In this document: piece after piece, positions 24,001 through 39,000 of the stretch | Layout: the number at the start of each line of letters is the position of its first letter | Position numbering within the stretch: position 1 is the first letter of the stretch | Source: Centroscyllium fabricii | Taxonomy: Eukaryota | Direction of reading: 5' to 3' | Length of the DNA stretch: 64,000 nt | NCBI GenBank assembly: GCA_051313645.2 | Contig: JBNRSN020000018.1 | Location: 84,072,001 to 84,136,000 of the forward strand | Made by a program: the position numbers and the translations under genes | The notes under the pieces: model-generated | Told to the model about the DNA's origin: nothing | The model's input: only the letters and a program-made list of their open reading frames with translations | Databases searched by the model: none

Positions 24001-27000
24001 GTGTTCATGAAGTTCTGGGCTATCATAGGGCTCTTCTGCATTATAAGCCAATATTCTGTCCATACACATATCAAGAAAGTGACAAATGCATCAGTGGACA
24101 TGGCCAGCAATTTCATATCTCTTCCCACTGAATAGAAACAGCAGCAGGGCATGTGTCTGAATATTGTGGTGAAGGTCCCGGCCATAATATTGAAATGACA
24201 GGACCTCCCACTAACCTACATACCCTGGTCAGGTCAGCTCTGGAGGGCCCTGGGAGGTGTGACCCTGGTATAATCGCCAGGGTTGCTGCCCGAGTATTTT
24301 CAGAGACACTGTTTTTCTGGACAGCTGAGGTCAGTATGGATCTGTCTATTGTAAGAAGTTTCCACTGGCCATTGAAAACTCATGTTTCCAGGAACTCCAT
24401 TAACAGCACGATCAAATCTATCTGACAATCCCAGACACTCTTATACTTGTGGAAATGATGTTCTTACTCTAAGGGCCATGAGCTAGTTGTATTCTCTGTC
24501 AGCTCAGATAATTTTATTGAGTAGATTTAGAGACAAGTGTATAGATTTAATTTTTGCAACTTTTGTGCTCGGCTATGTTCAGCAGGAAAGTAAGTATTTA
24601 AACCTATTACTGACTCAGAGCCTCAGCGTGCAGTCTAACAGGTTGAAATGTGTATCCTACTCTATAGAAACTACAGGACCAGAAGTGACACCGATTATCA
24701 CTGCGTCAACCAGCAGCTACACTCCTGGTAAGTGACAGCGGTTTTATACCTTGCACCAAGTCTGTCTCCACAGTGGATTGTTTCTAAATCCATGTGGTCT
24801 GCCATTGAGGAGATAACAAAACATGGGTTTCATTTTTACATCTTAGATATTTATTTCTAATTGTTTGCTTTAGAAATATTTGTATCTCTGGTCATTACCT
24901 GGTAACTTATAGGGCAACCTTTAGGAACTTGTGCTCCTGACATAGCATTTAGCGGAATGTGATGCAAAACAGAAATTTGATGCCAATCGAAGGATTATTT
25001 GGCGATGTGCATTTACTCGCATGCTCATGTTCACTTTCTGAGCCCCCGGCAAGCGAAGCTCCAAGCAAGAAAGGTGTATTATAGATTATTATTTATTACC
25101 ACGTTTTCAGTTTTGAAAATTATTCATCACACAATGTCAACACTAAGGTTGTAAAACCATATCCAGGAATGAGAGAAAGTCATGTAGACAATCCATCCAC
25201 CCCATCATACAGGTTCAGCTGCAAAACACTATTGGACTATTCCTCACCGTACCCAGCCCTGGTACAGGGCTCACCCGTTTTTGTTTCGATGCCCACTAGA
25301 AATTCGAGATGGGCGGCCTCTGGGCAGTCGGTTCTTTTTTAGAATGACTTTCCCTCTGCCACTGCTGCCCTTGGAAGCCGATGAAAATCACCCCTTGATC
25401 TTTCAAATGATGAGTGTAAAACAATTTGATGCTAGACCAGTCATAGAGTCAAATATTGTGCTGGTTTGATATTCTTTGCACCATTGTGGTGAAATTGTGT
25501 AACTAGAATATGAAAAAGTATTTTGCAATCTGTATGGAAAAGCCATCAAACTTAGAATAGCTTTTATGTGCTCATGATGTTCCGGGCTAACATAGGGCTC
25601 TCCTGCATTATAAGCCAATATTCTGTCCACACACATATCAAGAAAGTGACAAATGCATCAGTGGACATGGCCAGCAATTTCATATCTCTTCCCACTGAAT
25701 AGAAACAGCAGCAGATCATGTGTCTGGATATTGTGGTGAATGATCCTGCCATAATATTGAAATGAAAGCACCTCCCACTGACCTACATAGTCTGGTCAGG
25801 TCAGCTCTGGAGTTCCCTGGGAGGTGTGACCCTGGTATAATCGTCAGGGTTGCTGCCCGAGTATTTTCAGAGACACTGTTTATCTGGACAGCTGAGGGCA
25901 ATATGGATCTGTCTATTGTAAGACGTTTCCACTGGCCATTGAAAACTCATGTTTCAGAAACTCCATTAACAGCTCGATCAAAACTATCTGACAATCCCAG
26001 ACACTCTTATACTTGTGGAAATAATGTTCTTACTCTAAGGGCCATGAGCTAGTTGTATTCTCTGTCAGCTCAGACAATTTTATTGAGTAGATTTAGATAC
26101 AAGTGCATAGATTTAGTTTTTGCAACTTTTGTGCTCGGCTATGTGCAGCAGGAAAGTACGTTTTTAAACCTGATACAGACTCAGAGCCTCAGCGTGCAGT
26201 GTAACAGGTTGAAATGTTTTTCCTGCTCTATAGAAACGACATCACCAGAAGTGACACCGATTATCACTACGTCTACCACCAGCTACACTCCTGGTAAGTG
26301 ACAGCGGTTTTATACCTTGCACCAAGTCTGTCTCCACAGTGGATTCTTTCTAACTCCATGTGGTCTGTCATTGAGGAGGTAACAAAACACAGCTTTCATT
26401 TCTACATCTTGGATATTTAATTTTAATTGTTTGCTTTAGAAATATTTGTATCTCTGGTCATTACCTTGTAACTTATTTGGCAACTTTTAGGAACTTGTGC
26501 TCCTGACATAATATTTAGCGAATGTGATGCAAATCAGACATTTGATGCCAATTGAAGGATTATTTTGCGATGTGCATTTACTCGCATGCTCATGTTCCCT
26601 TTCTGAGCCCCCGGCAAGCGAAGCTCCAAGCAAGAAAGGTGTATTATAGATTCTTATTTATTGCCACGTTTTCAGTTATCAAAATTATTCGTCACACAAT
26701 GTCAACACTAAGGTTGGAAAACCATATCCAGGAATGAGAGAAAGTCATGTAGCTGATCCATCTCACCCCATCATACAGGTTCAGCTGCAAAACACTATTG
26801 GACTATTCCTCCCCATACCCAGCCCTAGTACAGGGCTCGGCAGTTTTTGTTTCGATGCCCAGTAGAAATTCGAGATGGGCGGCCTCTGGGCAGTCGGTTC
26901 TTTGTTAGAATTACTTTCCCTTCGCCACTACTGCCCTTGGAAGCCGCTGAAAATCACTCCTTGATCTTTCAAATGATGAGTGTAAAACGAACATGATAAA

Positions 27001-30000
27001 ACAATTTGATGCTAGATCATCATAGAGTCAAATGTTGTGCTGGCTGGATATTCTTCGCACCATTGTTGTGAAATTGTGTAACTAGAATATGAAAAAGTAT
27101 TTTGCAATGTGTATGGAAAAGCCATCAACCTTAGAATAGCTGTTATGTGTTCATGAAGTTCCGGGCTAGCATAGGGCTCTCCTGCATTATAAGCCAATAT
27201 TCTGTCCACACACATATCAAGAAAGTGACAAATGCATCAGTGGACATGACCAGCAATTACATATCTCTTCCCATTGAATAGAAACAGCAGCAGGGCATGT
27301 GTCTGAATATTGTGGTGAAGGTTCCTGCCATAATATTGAAATGACAGGATCTCCAACTGACCTACATACTCTGGTCAGGTCAACTCTGGAGGGCCCTGGG
27401 AGGTGTGACCCTGGTATAATTGCCAGGGTTGCTGCCCGATTATTTTCAGAGACACTGTTTATCTGGACAGCTGAGGTCAGTATGGATCTGTCTATTGTAA
27501 GAAGTTTCCACTGGCCATTGAAAACTCATGTTTCCTGGAACTCTATTAACAGCACGATCAAATCTATCTGACAATCCCAGACACTCTTATACTTGTGGAA
27601 ATGATGTTCTTACTCTAAGGGCCATGAGCTAGTTGTATTCTCTGTCAGCTCAGATAATTTTATTGAGTAGATTTAGATACAAGTGTATAGATTTAATTTT
27701 TGCAACTTTTGTGCTCGGCTATGTGCAGCAGGAAAGTACGTTTTTAAACCTATTACTGACCCAGAGCCTCAGCGTGCAGTGTAACATGTTGAAATGTTTT
27801 TCCTGCTCTATAGAAACTACATCACCAGAAGTGACACCGATTATCACTACGTCTACCACCAGCTACACTCCTGGTAAGTGACAGCGGTTTTCTACCTTGC
27901 ACCAATCCTGCCTCCACAGTGGATTGTTTCTAACTCCATGTGGTCTGTCATTGAGGAGATAACAAAACACAGCTTTCATTTTTACATCTCAGATATTTAT
28001 TTATAATTGTTTGCTTTAGAAATATTTGTATCTCTGGTCATTACCTGGTAACTTATAGGGCAACCTTTAGGAACTTGTGCTCCTGACATAACATTTAGCG
28101 GAATGTGATGCAAATCAGAAATTTGATGCCAATTGAAGGATTATTGTGCGATATGCATTTACTCGCATGCCCATGTTTCCTTTCTGAGCCCCTGGCAAGC
28201 GAAGCTTCGAGTAAGAAAGGTGTATTGTAGATTCTTATTTAGCGCCATTTTTTCAGTTATCAAAATTATTCGTCACACAATGTCAACACTAAGGTTGGAA
28301 AACCAAATCCAGGAATGAGAGAAAGTCGTGTGGACAATCCATCCACCCCATCATACAGGTTCATCTGCAAAACTCTATTGGACTATTCCTCACCGTACCC
28401 AGCCCTAGTACAGGGCTCGCCAGTTTTTGTTTCGATGCTCAGTAGAAATTCGAGATGGGCGGCCTCTGGGCAGTCGGTTCTTTGTTAGAATGACTTTCCC
28501 TTTGCCACTGCTGCCCTTGGAAGCCGATGAAAATCACCCCTTGATATTTCAAATGATGCGTGTAAAACTAACATGATAAAACAATTTGATGCTGGATCAG
28601 TCATAGAGTCAAATGTTGTGCTGGCTTGATATTCTTCGCACCATTGTGGTGAAATTGTGTAACTAGAATATGAAAAAGTATTTTGCAATCTGTATGGAAA
28701 AGCCATCAACCTTAGAATAGCTGTTATGTGTTCATGACGTTCTGGGCTATCATAGGGCTCTTCTGCATTATAAGCCAATATTCTGTCCATACACATATCA
28801 AGAAAGTGACAAATGCATCAGTGGACATGGCCAGCAATTTCATATCTCTTCCCACTGAATAGAAACAGCAGCAGGGCATGTGTCTGAATATTGTGGTGAA
28901 GGTCCCGGCCATAATATTGAAATGACAGGACCTCCCACTAACCTACATACCCTGGTCAGGTCAGCTCTGGAGGGCCCTGGGAGGTGTGACCCTGGTATAA
29001 TCGCCAGGGTTGCTGCCTGAGTATTTTCAGAGACACTGTTTTTCTGGACAGCTGAGGTCAGTATGGATCTGTCTATTGTAAGAAGTTTCCACTGGCCATT
29101 GAAAACTCATGTTTCCAGGAACTCCATTAACAGCACGATCAAATCTATCTGACAATCCCAGACACTCTTATACTTGTGGAAATGATGTTCTTACTCTAAG
29201 GGCCATGAGCTAGTTGTATTCTCTGTCAGCTCAGATAATTTTATTGAGTAGATTTAGAGACAAGTGTATAGATTAAATTTTTGCAACTTTGGTGCTCAGC
29301 TATGTTCAGCAGGAAAGTATGTATTTAAACCTATTACTGACTCAGAGCCTCAGCGTGCAGTCTAACAGGTTGAAATGTGTTTCCTGCTCTATAGAAACTA
29401 CAGCACCAGAAGTGACACCGATTATCACTGCGTCAACCACCAGCTACACTCCTGGTAAGTGACAGCGGTTTTATACCTTACACCAAGTCTGTCTCCACAG
29501 TGGATTGTTTCTAACTCCATGTGGTCTGCCATTGAGGAGATAACAAAACACGGGTTTCATTTTTACATCTTAGATATTTATTTCTAATTGTTTGCTTTAG
29601 AAATATTTGTATCTCTGGTCATTACCTGGTAACTTATAGGGCAACTTTTAGGAACTTGTGCTCCTGACATAGCATTTAGCGGAATGTGATGCAAAACAGA
29701 AATTTGATGCCAATCGAAGGATTATTTTGCGATGTGCATTTACTCGCATGCTCATGTTCACTTTCTGAGCCCCCGGCAAGCGAAGCTCCAAGCAAGAAAG
29801 GTGTATTATAGATTATTATTTATTACCACGTTTTCAGTTTTGAAAATTATTCATCACACAATGTCAACACTAAGGTTGTAAAACCATATCCAGGAATGAG
29901 AGAAAGTCATGCAGACAATCCATTCACCCCATCATACAGGTTCAGCTGCAAAACACTATTGGACTATTCCTCACCGTACCCAGCCCTGGTACAGGGCTCA

Positions 30001-33000
30001 CCCGTTTTTGTTTCAATGCCCACTAGAAATTCGAGATGGGCGGCCTCTGGGCAGTCGGTTCTTTTTTAGAATGACTTTCCCTCTGCCACTGCTGCCCTTG
30101 GAAGCCGATGAAAATCACCCCTTGATCTTTCAAATGATGAGTGTAAAACAATTTGATGCTAGATCAGTCATAGAGTCAAATGTTGTGCTGGTTTGATATT
30201 CTTTGCACCATTGTGGTGAAATTGTGTAACTAGAATATGAAAAAGTATTTTGCAATCTGTATGGAAAAGCCATCAAACTTAGAATAGCTTTTATGTGCTC
30301 ATGATGTTCCGGGCTAACATAGGGCTCTCCTGCATTATAAGCCAATATTCTGTCCACACACATATCAAGAAAGTGACAAATGCATCAGTGGACATGGCCA
30401 GCAATTTCATATCTCTTCCCACTGAATAGAAACAGCAGCAGATCATGTGTCTGGATATTGTGGTGAATGATCCTGCCATAATATTGAAATGAAAGCACCT
30501 CCCACTGACCTACATAGTCTGGTCAGGTCAGCTCTGGAGTTCCCTGGGAGGTGTGACCCTGGTATAATCGTCAGGGTTGCTGCCCGAGTATTTTCAGAGA
30601 CACTGTTTATCTGGACAGCTGAGGGCAATATGGATCTGTCTATTGTAAGACGTTTCCACTGGCCATTGAAAACTCATGTTTCAGAAACTCCATTAACAGC
30701 TCGATCAAAACTATCTGACAATCCCAGACACTCTTATACTTGTGGAAATAATGTTCTTACTCTAAGGGCCATGAGCTAGTTGTATTCTCTGTCAGCTCAG
30801 ACAATTTTATTGAGTAGATTTAGATACAAGTGCATAGATTTAGTTTTTGCAACTTTTGTGCTCGGCTATGTGCAGCAGGAAAGTACGTTTTTAAACCTGA
30901 TACAGACTCAGAGCCTCAGCGTGCAGTGTAACAGGTTGAAATGTTTTTCCTGCTCTATAGAAACGACATCACCAGAAGTGACACCGATTATCACTACGTC
31001 TACCACCAGCTACACTCCTGGTAAGTGACAGCGGTTTTATACCTTGCACCAAGTCTGTCTCCACAGTGGATTCTTTCTAACTCCATGTGGTCTGTCATTG
31101 AGGAGGTAACAAAACACAGCTTTCATTTCTACATCTTGGATATTTAATTTTAATTGTTTGCTTTAGAAATATTTGTATCTCTGGTCATTACCTTGTAACT
31201 TATTTGGCAACTTTTAGGAACTTGTGCTCCTGACATAATATTTAGCGAATGTGATGCAAATCAGACATTTGATGCCAATTGAAGGATTATTTTGCGATGT
31301 GCATTTACTCGCATGCTCATGTTCCCTTTCTGAGCCCCCGGCAAGCGAAGCTCCAAGCAAGAAAGGTGTATTATAGATTCTTATTTATTGCCACGTTTTC
31401 AGTTATCAAAATTATTCGTCACACAATGTCAACACTAAGGTTGGAAAACCATATCCAGGAATGAGAGAAAGTCATGTAGCTGATCCATCTCACCCCATCA
31501 TACAGGTTCAGCTGCAAAACACTATTGGACTATTCCTCCCCATACCCAGCCCTAGTACAGGGCTCGGCAGTTTTTGTTTCGATGCCCAGTAGAAATTCGA
31601 GATGGGCGGCCTCTGGGCAGTCGGTTCTTTGTTAGAATTACTTTCCCTTCGCCACTACTGCCCTTGGAAGCCGCTGAAAATCACTCCTTGATCTTTCAAA
31701 TGATGAGTGTAAAACGAACATGATAAAACAATTTGATGCTAGATCATCATAGAGTCAAATGTTGTGCTGGCTGGATATTCTTCGCACCATTGTTGTGAAA
31801 TTGTGTAACTAGAATATGAAAAAGTATTTTGCAATGTGTATGGAAAAGCCATCAACCTTAGAATAGCTGTTATGTGTTCATGAAGTTCCGGGCTAGCATA
31901 GGGCTCTCCTGCATTATAAGCCAATATTCTGTCCACACACATATCAAGAAAGTGACAAATGCATCAGTGGACATGACCAGCAATTACATATCTCTTCCCA
32001 TTGAATAGAAACAGCAGCAGGGCATGTGTCTGAATATTGTGGTGAAGGTTCCTGCCATAATATTGAAATGACAGGATCTCCAACTGACCTACATACTCTG
32101 GTCAGGTCAACTCTGGAGGGCCCTGGGAGGTGTGACCCTGGTATAATTGCCAGGGTTGCTGCCCGATTATTTTCAGAGACACTGTTTATCTGGACAGCTG
32201 AGGTCAGTATGGATCTGTCTATTGTAAGAAGTTTCCACTGGCCATTGAAAACTCATGTTTCCTGGAACTCTATTAACAGCACGATCAAATCTATCTGACA
32301 ATCCCAGACACTCTTATACTTGTGGAAATGATGTTCTTACTCTAAGGGCCATGAGCTAGTTGTATTCTCTGTCAGCTCAGATAATTTTATTGAGTAGATT
32401 TAGATACAAGTGTATAGATTTAATTTTTGCAACTTTTGTGCTCGGCTATGTGCAGCAGGAAAGTACGTTTTTAAACCTATTACTGACCCAGAGCCTCAGC
32501 GTGCAGTGTAACATGTTGAAATGTTTTTCCTGCTCTATAGAAACTACATCACCAGAAGTGACACCGATTATCACTACGTCTACCATCAGCTACACTCCTG
32601 GTAAGTGACACTGGTTTTATACCTTGCACCAATCCTGCCTCCACAGTGGATTGTTTCTAACTCCATGTGGTCTGTCATTGAGGAGATAACAAAACACAGC
32701 TTTCATTTTTACATCTCAGATATTTATTTATAATTGTTTGCTTTAGAAATATTTGTATCTCTGGTCATTACCTGGTAACTTATAGGGCAACCTTTAGGAA
32801 CTTGTGCTCCTGACATAACATTTAGCGGAATGTGATGCAAATCAGAAATTTGATGCCAATTGAAGGATTATTGTGCGATATGCATTTACTCGCATGCCCA
32901 TGTTTCCTTTCTGAGCCCCCGGCAAGCGAAGCTTCGAGTAAGAAAGGTGTATTGTAGATTCTTATTTAGCGCCATTTTTTCAGTTATCAAAATTATTCGT

Positions 33001-36000
33001 CACACAATGTCAACACTAAGGTTGGAAAACCAAATCCAGGAATGAGAGAAAGTCGTGTGGACAATCCATCCACCCCATCATACAGGTTCATCTGCAAAAC
33101 TCTATTGGACTATTCCTCACCGTACCCAGCCCTAGTACAGGGCTCGCCAGTTTTTGTTTCGATGCCCAGTAGAAATTCGAGATGGGCGGCCTCTGGGCAG
33201 TCGGTTCTTTGTTAGAATGACTTTCCCTTTGCCACTGCTGCCCTTGGAAGCCGATGAAAATCACCCCTTGATATTTCAAATGATGCGTGTAAAACTAACA
33301 TGATAAAACAATTTGATGCTGGATCAGTCATAGAGTCAAATGTTGTGCTGGCTTGATATTCTTCGCACCATTGTGGTGAAATTGTGTAACTAGAATATGA
33401 AAAAGTATTTTGCAATCTGTATGGAAAAGCCATCAACCTTAGAATAGCTGTTATGTGTTCATGACGTTCTGGGCTATCATAGGGCTCTTCTGCATTATAA
33501 GCCAATATTCTGTCCATACACATATCAAGAAAGTGACAAATGCATCAGTGGACATGGCCAGCAATTTCATATCTCTTCCCACTGAATAGAAACAGCAGCA
33601 GGGCATGTGTCTGAATATTGTGGTGAAGGTCCCGGCCATAATATTGAAATGACAGGACCTCCCACTAACCTACATACCCTGGTCAGGTCAGCTCTGGAGG
33701 GCCCTGGGAGGTGTGACCCTGGTATAATCGCCAGGGTTGCTGCCTGAGTATTTTCAGAGACACTGTTTTTCTGGACAGCTGAGGTCAGTATGGATCTGTC
33801 TATTGTAAGAAGTTTCCACTGGCCATTGAAAACTCATGTTTCCAGGAACTCCATTAACAGCACGATCAAATCTATCTGACAATCCCAGACACTCTTATAC
33901 TTGTGGAAATGATGTTCTTACTCTAAGGGCCATGAGCTAGTTGTATTCTCTGTCAGCTCAGATAATTTTATTGAGTAGATTTAGAGACAAGTGTATAGAT
34001 TTAATTTTTGCAACTTTGGTGCTCGGCTATGTTCAGCAGGAAAGTAAGTATTTAAACCTATTACTGACTCAGAGCCTCAGCGTGCAGTCTAACAGGTTGA
34101 AATGTGTTTCCTGCTCTATAGAAACTACAGCACCAGAAGTGACACCGATTATCACTGCGTCAACCACCAGCTACACTCCTGGTAAGTGACAGCGGTTTTA
34201 TACCTTACACCAAGTCTGTCTCCACAGTGGATTGTTTCTAACTCCATGTGGTCTGCCATTGAGGAGATAACAAAACACGGGTTTCATTTTTACATCTTAG
34301 ATATTTATTTCTAATTGTTTGCTTTAGAAATATTTGTGTCTCTGGTCATTACCTGGTAACTTATAGGGCAACTTTTAGGAACTTGTGCTCCTGACATAGC
34401 ATTTAGCGGAATGTGATGCAAAACAGAAATTTGATGCCAATCGAAGGATTATTTGGCGATGTGCATTTACTCGCATGCTCATGTTCACTTTCTGAGCCCC
34501 CGGCAAGCGAAGCTCCAAGCAAGAAAGGTGTATTATAGATTCTTATTTATTACCACATTTTCAGTTATCAAAATTATTCATCACACAATGTCAACACTAA
34601 GGTTGTAAAACCATATCCAGGAATGAGAGAAAGTCATGTAGACAATCCATCTCACTCCATCATACAGGTTCAGCTGCAAAACACTATTGGACTATTCCTC
34701 ACCGTACCCAGCACTGGTACAGGGCTCACCCGTTTTTGTTTCGATGCCCACTAGAAATTCGAGATGGGCGGCCTCTGGGCAGTCGGTTCTTTTTTAGAAT
34801 GACTTTCCCTCTGCCACTGCTGCCCTTGGAAGCCGATGAAAATCACCCCTTGATCTTTCAAATGATGAGTGTAAAACAATTTGATGCTAGATCAGTCATA
34901 GAGTCAAATGTTGTGCTGGTTTGATATTCTTTGCACCATTGTGGTGAAATTGTGTAACTAGAATATGAAAAAGTATTTTGCAATCTGTATGGAAAAGCCA
35001 TCAAACTTAGAATAGCTTTTATGTGCTCATGATGTTCCGGGCTAACATAGGGCTCTCCTGCATTATAAGCCAATATTCTGTCCACACACATATCAAGAAA
35101 GTGACAAATGCATCAGTGGACATGGCCAGCAATTTCATATCTCTTCCCACTGAATAGAAACAGCAGCAGATCATGTGTCTGGATATTGTGGTGAATGATC
35201 CTGCCATAATATTGAAATGAAAGCACCTCCCACTGACCTACATAGTCTGGTCAGGTCAGCTCTGGAGTTCCCTGGGAGGTGTGACCCTGGTATAATCGTC
35301 AGGGTTGCTGCCCGAGTATTTTCAGAGACACTGTTTATCTGGACAGCTGAGGGCAATATGGATCTGTCTATTGTAAGACGTTTCCACTGGCCATTGAAAA
35401 CTCATGTTTCAGAAACTCCATTAACAGCTCGATCAAAACTATCTGACAATCCCAGACACTCTTATACTTGTGGAAATAATGTTCTTACTCTAAGGGCCAT
35501 GAGCTAGTTGTATTCTCTGTCAGCTCAGATAATTTTATTGAGTAGATTTAGAGACAAGTGCATAGATTTAGTTTTTGCAACTTTTGTGCTCGGCTATGTG
35601 CAGCAGGAAAGTACGTTTTTAAACCTGATACAGACTCAGAGCCTCAGCGTGCAGTGTAACAGGTTGAAATGTTTTTCCTGCTCTATAGAAACGACATCAC
35701 CAGAAGTGACACCGATTATCACTACGTCTACCACCAGCTACACTCCTGGTAAGTGACAGCGGTTTTATACCTTGCACCAAGTCTGTCTCCACAGTGGATT
35801 CTTTCTAACTCCATGTGGTCTGTCATTGAGGAGGTAACAAAACACAGCTTTCATTTCTACATCTTGGATATTTAATTTTAATTGTTTGCTTTAGAAATAT
35901 TTGTATCTCTGGTCATTACCTTGTAACTTATTTGGCAACTTTTAGGAACTTGTGCTCCTGACATAATATTTAGCGAATGTGATGCAAATCAGACATTTGA

Positions 36001-39000
36001 TGCCAATTGAAGGATTATTTTGCGATGTGCATTTACTCGCATGCTCATGTTCCCTTTCTGAGCCCCCGGCAAGCGAAGCTCCAAGCAAGAAAGGTGTATT
36101 ATAGATTCTTATTTATTGCCACGTTTTCAGTTATCAAAATTATTCGTCACACAATGTCAACACTAAGGTTGGAAAACCATATCCAGGAATGAGAGAAAGT
36201 CATGTAGCTGATCCATCTCACCCCATCATACAGGTTCAGCTGCAAAACACTATTGGACTATTCCTCCCCATACCCAGCCCTAGTACAGGGCTCGGCAGTT
36301 TTTGTTTCGATGCCCAGTAGAAATTCGAGATGGGCGGCCTCTGGGCAGTCGGTTCTTTGTTAGAATTACTTTCCCTTCGCCACTACTGCCCTTGGAAGCC
36401 GCTGAAAATCACTCCTTGATCTTTCAAATGATGAGTGTAAAACGAACATGATAAAACAATTTGATGCTAGATCATCATAGAGTCAAATGTTGTGCTGGCT
36501 GGATATTCTTCGCACCATTGTTGTGAAATTGTGTAACTAGAATATGAAAAAGTATTTTGCAATGTGTATGGAAAAGCCATCAACCTTAGAATAGCTGTTA
36601 TGTGTTCATGAAGTTCCGGGCTAGCATAGGGCTCTCCTGCATTATAAGCCAATATTCTGTCCACACACATATCAAGAAAGTGACAAATGCATCAGTGGAC
36701 ATGACCAGCAATTACATATCTCTTCCCATTGAATAGAAACAGCAGCAGGGCATGTGTCTGAATATTGTGGTGAAGGTTCCTGCCATAATATTGAAATGAC
36801 AGGATCTCCAACTGACCTACATACTCTGGTCAGGTCAACTCTGGAGGGCCCTGGGAGGTGTGACCCTGGTATAATTGCCAGGGTTGCTGCCCGATTATTT
36901 TCAGAGACACTGTTTATCTGGACAGCTGAGGTCAGTATGGATCTGTCTATTGTAAGAAGTTTCCACTGGCCATTGAAAACTCATGTTTCCTGGAACTCTA
37001 TTAACAGCACGATCAAATCTATCTGACAATCCCAGACACTCTTATACTTGTGGAAATGATGTTCTTACTCTAAGGGCCATGAGCTAGTTGTATTCTCTGT
37101 CAGCTCAGATAATTTTATTGAGTAGATTTAGATACAAGTGTATAGATTTAATTTTTGCAACTTTTGTGCTCGGCTATGTGCAGCAGGAAAGTACGTTTTT
37201 AAACCTATTACTGACCCAGAGCCTCAGCGTGCAGTGTAACATGTTGAAATGTTTTTCCTGCTCTATAGAAACTACATCACCAGAAGTGACACCGATTATC
37301 ACTACGTCTACCATCAGCTACACTCCTGGTAAGTGACAGCGGTTTTATACGTTGCACCAATCCTGCCTCCACAGTGGATTGTTTCTAACTCCATGTGGTC
37401 TGTCATTGAGGAGATAACAAAACACAGCTTTCATTTTTAAATCTCAGATATTTATTTATAATTGTTTGCTTTACAAATATTTGTATCTCTGGTCATTACC
37501 TGGTAACTTATAGGGCAACCTTTAGGAACTTGTGCTCCTGACATAACATTTAGCGGAATGTGATGCAAATCAGAAATTTGATGCCAATTGAAGGATTATT
37601 GTGCGATATGCATTTACTCGCATGCCCATGTTTCCTTTCTGAGCCCCCGGCAAGCGAAGCTTCGAGTAAGAAAGGTGTATTGTAGATTCTTATTTAGCGC
37701 CATTTTTTCAGTTATCAAAATTATTCGTCACACAATGTCAACACTAAGGTTGGAAAACCAAATCCAGGAATGAGAGAAAGTCGTGTGGACAATCCATCCA
37801 CCCCATCATACAGGTTCATCTGCAAAACTCTATTGGACTATTCCTCACCGTACCCAGCCCTAGTACAGGGCTCGCCAGTTTTTGTTTCGATGCCCAGTAG
37901 AAATTCGAGATGGGCGGCCTCTGGGCAGTCGGTTCTTTGTTAGAATGACTTTCCCTTTGCCACTGCTGCCCTTGGAAGCCGATGAAAATCACCCCTTGAT
38001 ATTTCAAATGATGCGTGTAAAACTAACATGATAAAACAATTTGATGCTGGATCAGTCATAGAGTCAAATGTTGTGCTGGCTTGATATTCTTCGCACCATT
38101 GTGGTGAAATTGTGTAACTAGAATATGAAAAAGTATTTTGCAATCTGTATGGAAAAGCCATCAACCTTAGAATAGCTGTTATGTGTTCATGACGTTCTGG
38201 GCTATCATAGGGCTCTTCTGCATTATAAGCCAATATTCTGTCCATACACATATCAAGAAAGTGACAAATGCATCAGTGGACATGGCCAGCAATTTCATAT
38301 CTCTTCCCACTGAATAGAAACAGCAGCAGGGCATGTGTCTGAATATTGTGGTGAAGGTCCCGGCCATAATATTGAAATGACAGGACCTCCCACTAACCTA
38401 CATACCCTGGTCAGGTCAGCTCTGGAGGGCCCTGGGAGGTGTGACCCTGGTATAATCGCCAGGGTTGCTGCCTGAGTATTTTCAGAGACACTGTTTTTCT
38501 GGACAGCTGAGGTCAGTATGGATCTGTCTATTGTAAGAAGTTTCCACTGGCCATTGAAAACTCATGTTTCCAGGAACTCCATTAACAGCACGATCAAATC
38601 TATCTGACAATCCCAGACACTCTTATACTTGTGGAAATGATGTTCTTACTCTAAGGGCCATGAGCTAGTTGTATTCTCTGTCAGCTCAGATAATTTTATT
38701 GAGTAGATTTAGAGACAAGTGTATAGATTTAATTTTTGCAACTTTGGTGCTCGGCTATGTTCAGCAGGAAAGTAAGTATTTAAACCTATTACTGACTCAG
38801 AGCCTCAGCGTGCAGTCTAACAGGTTGAAATGTGTTTCCTGCTCTATAGAAACTACAGCACCAGAAGTGACACCGATTATCACTGCGTCAACCACCAGCT
38901 ACACTCCTGGTAAGTGACAGCGGTTTTATACCTTACACCAAGTCTGTCTCCACAGTGGATTGTTTCTAACTCCATGTGGTCTGCCATTGAGGAGATAACA

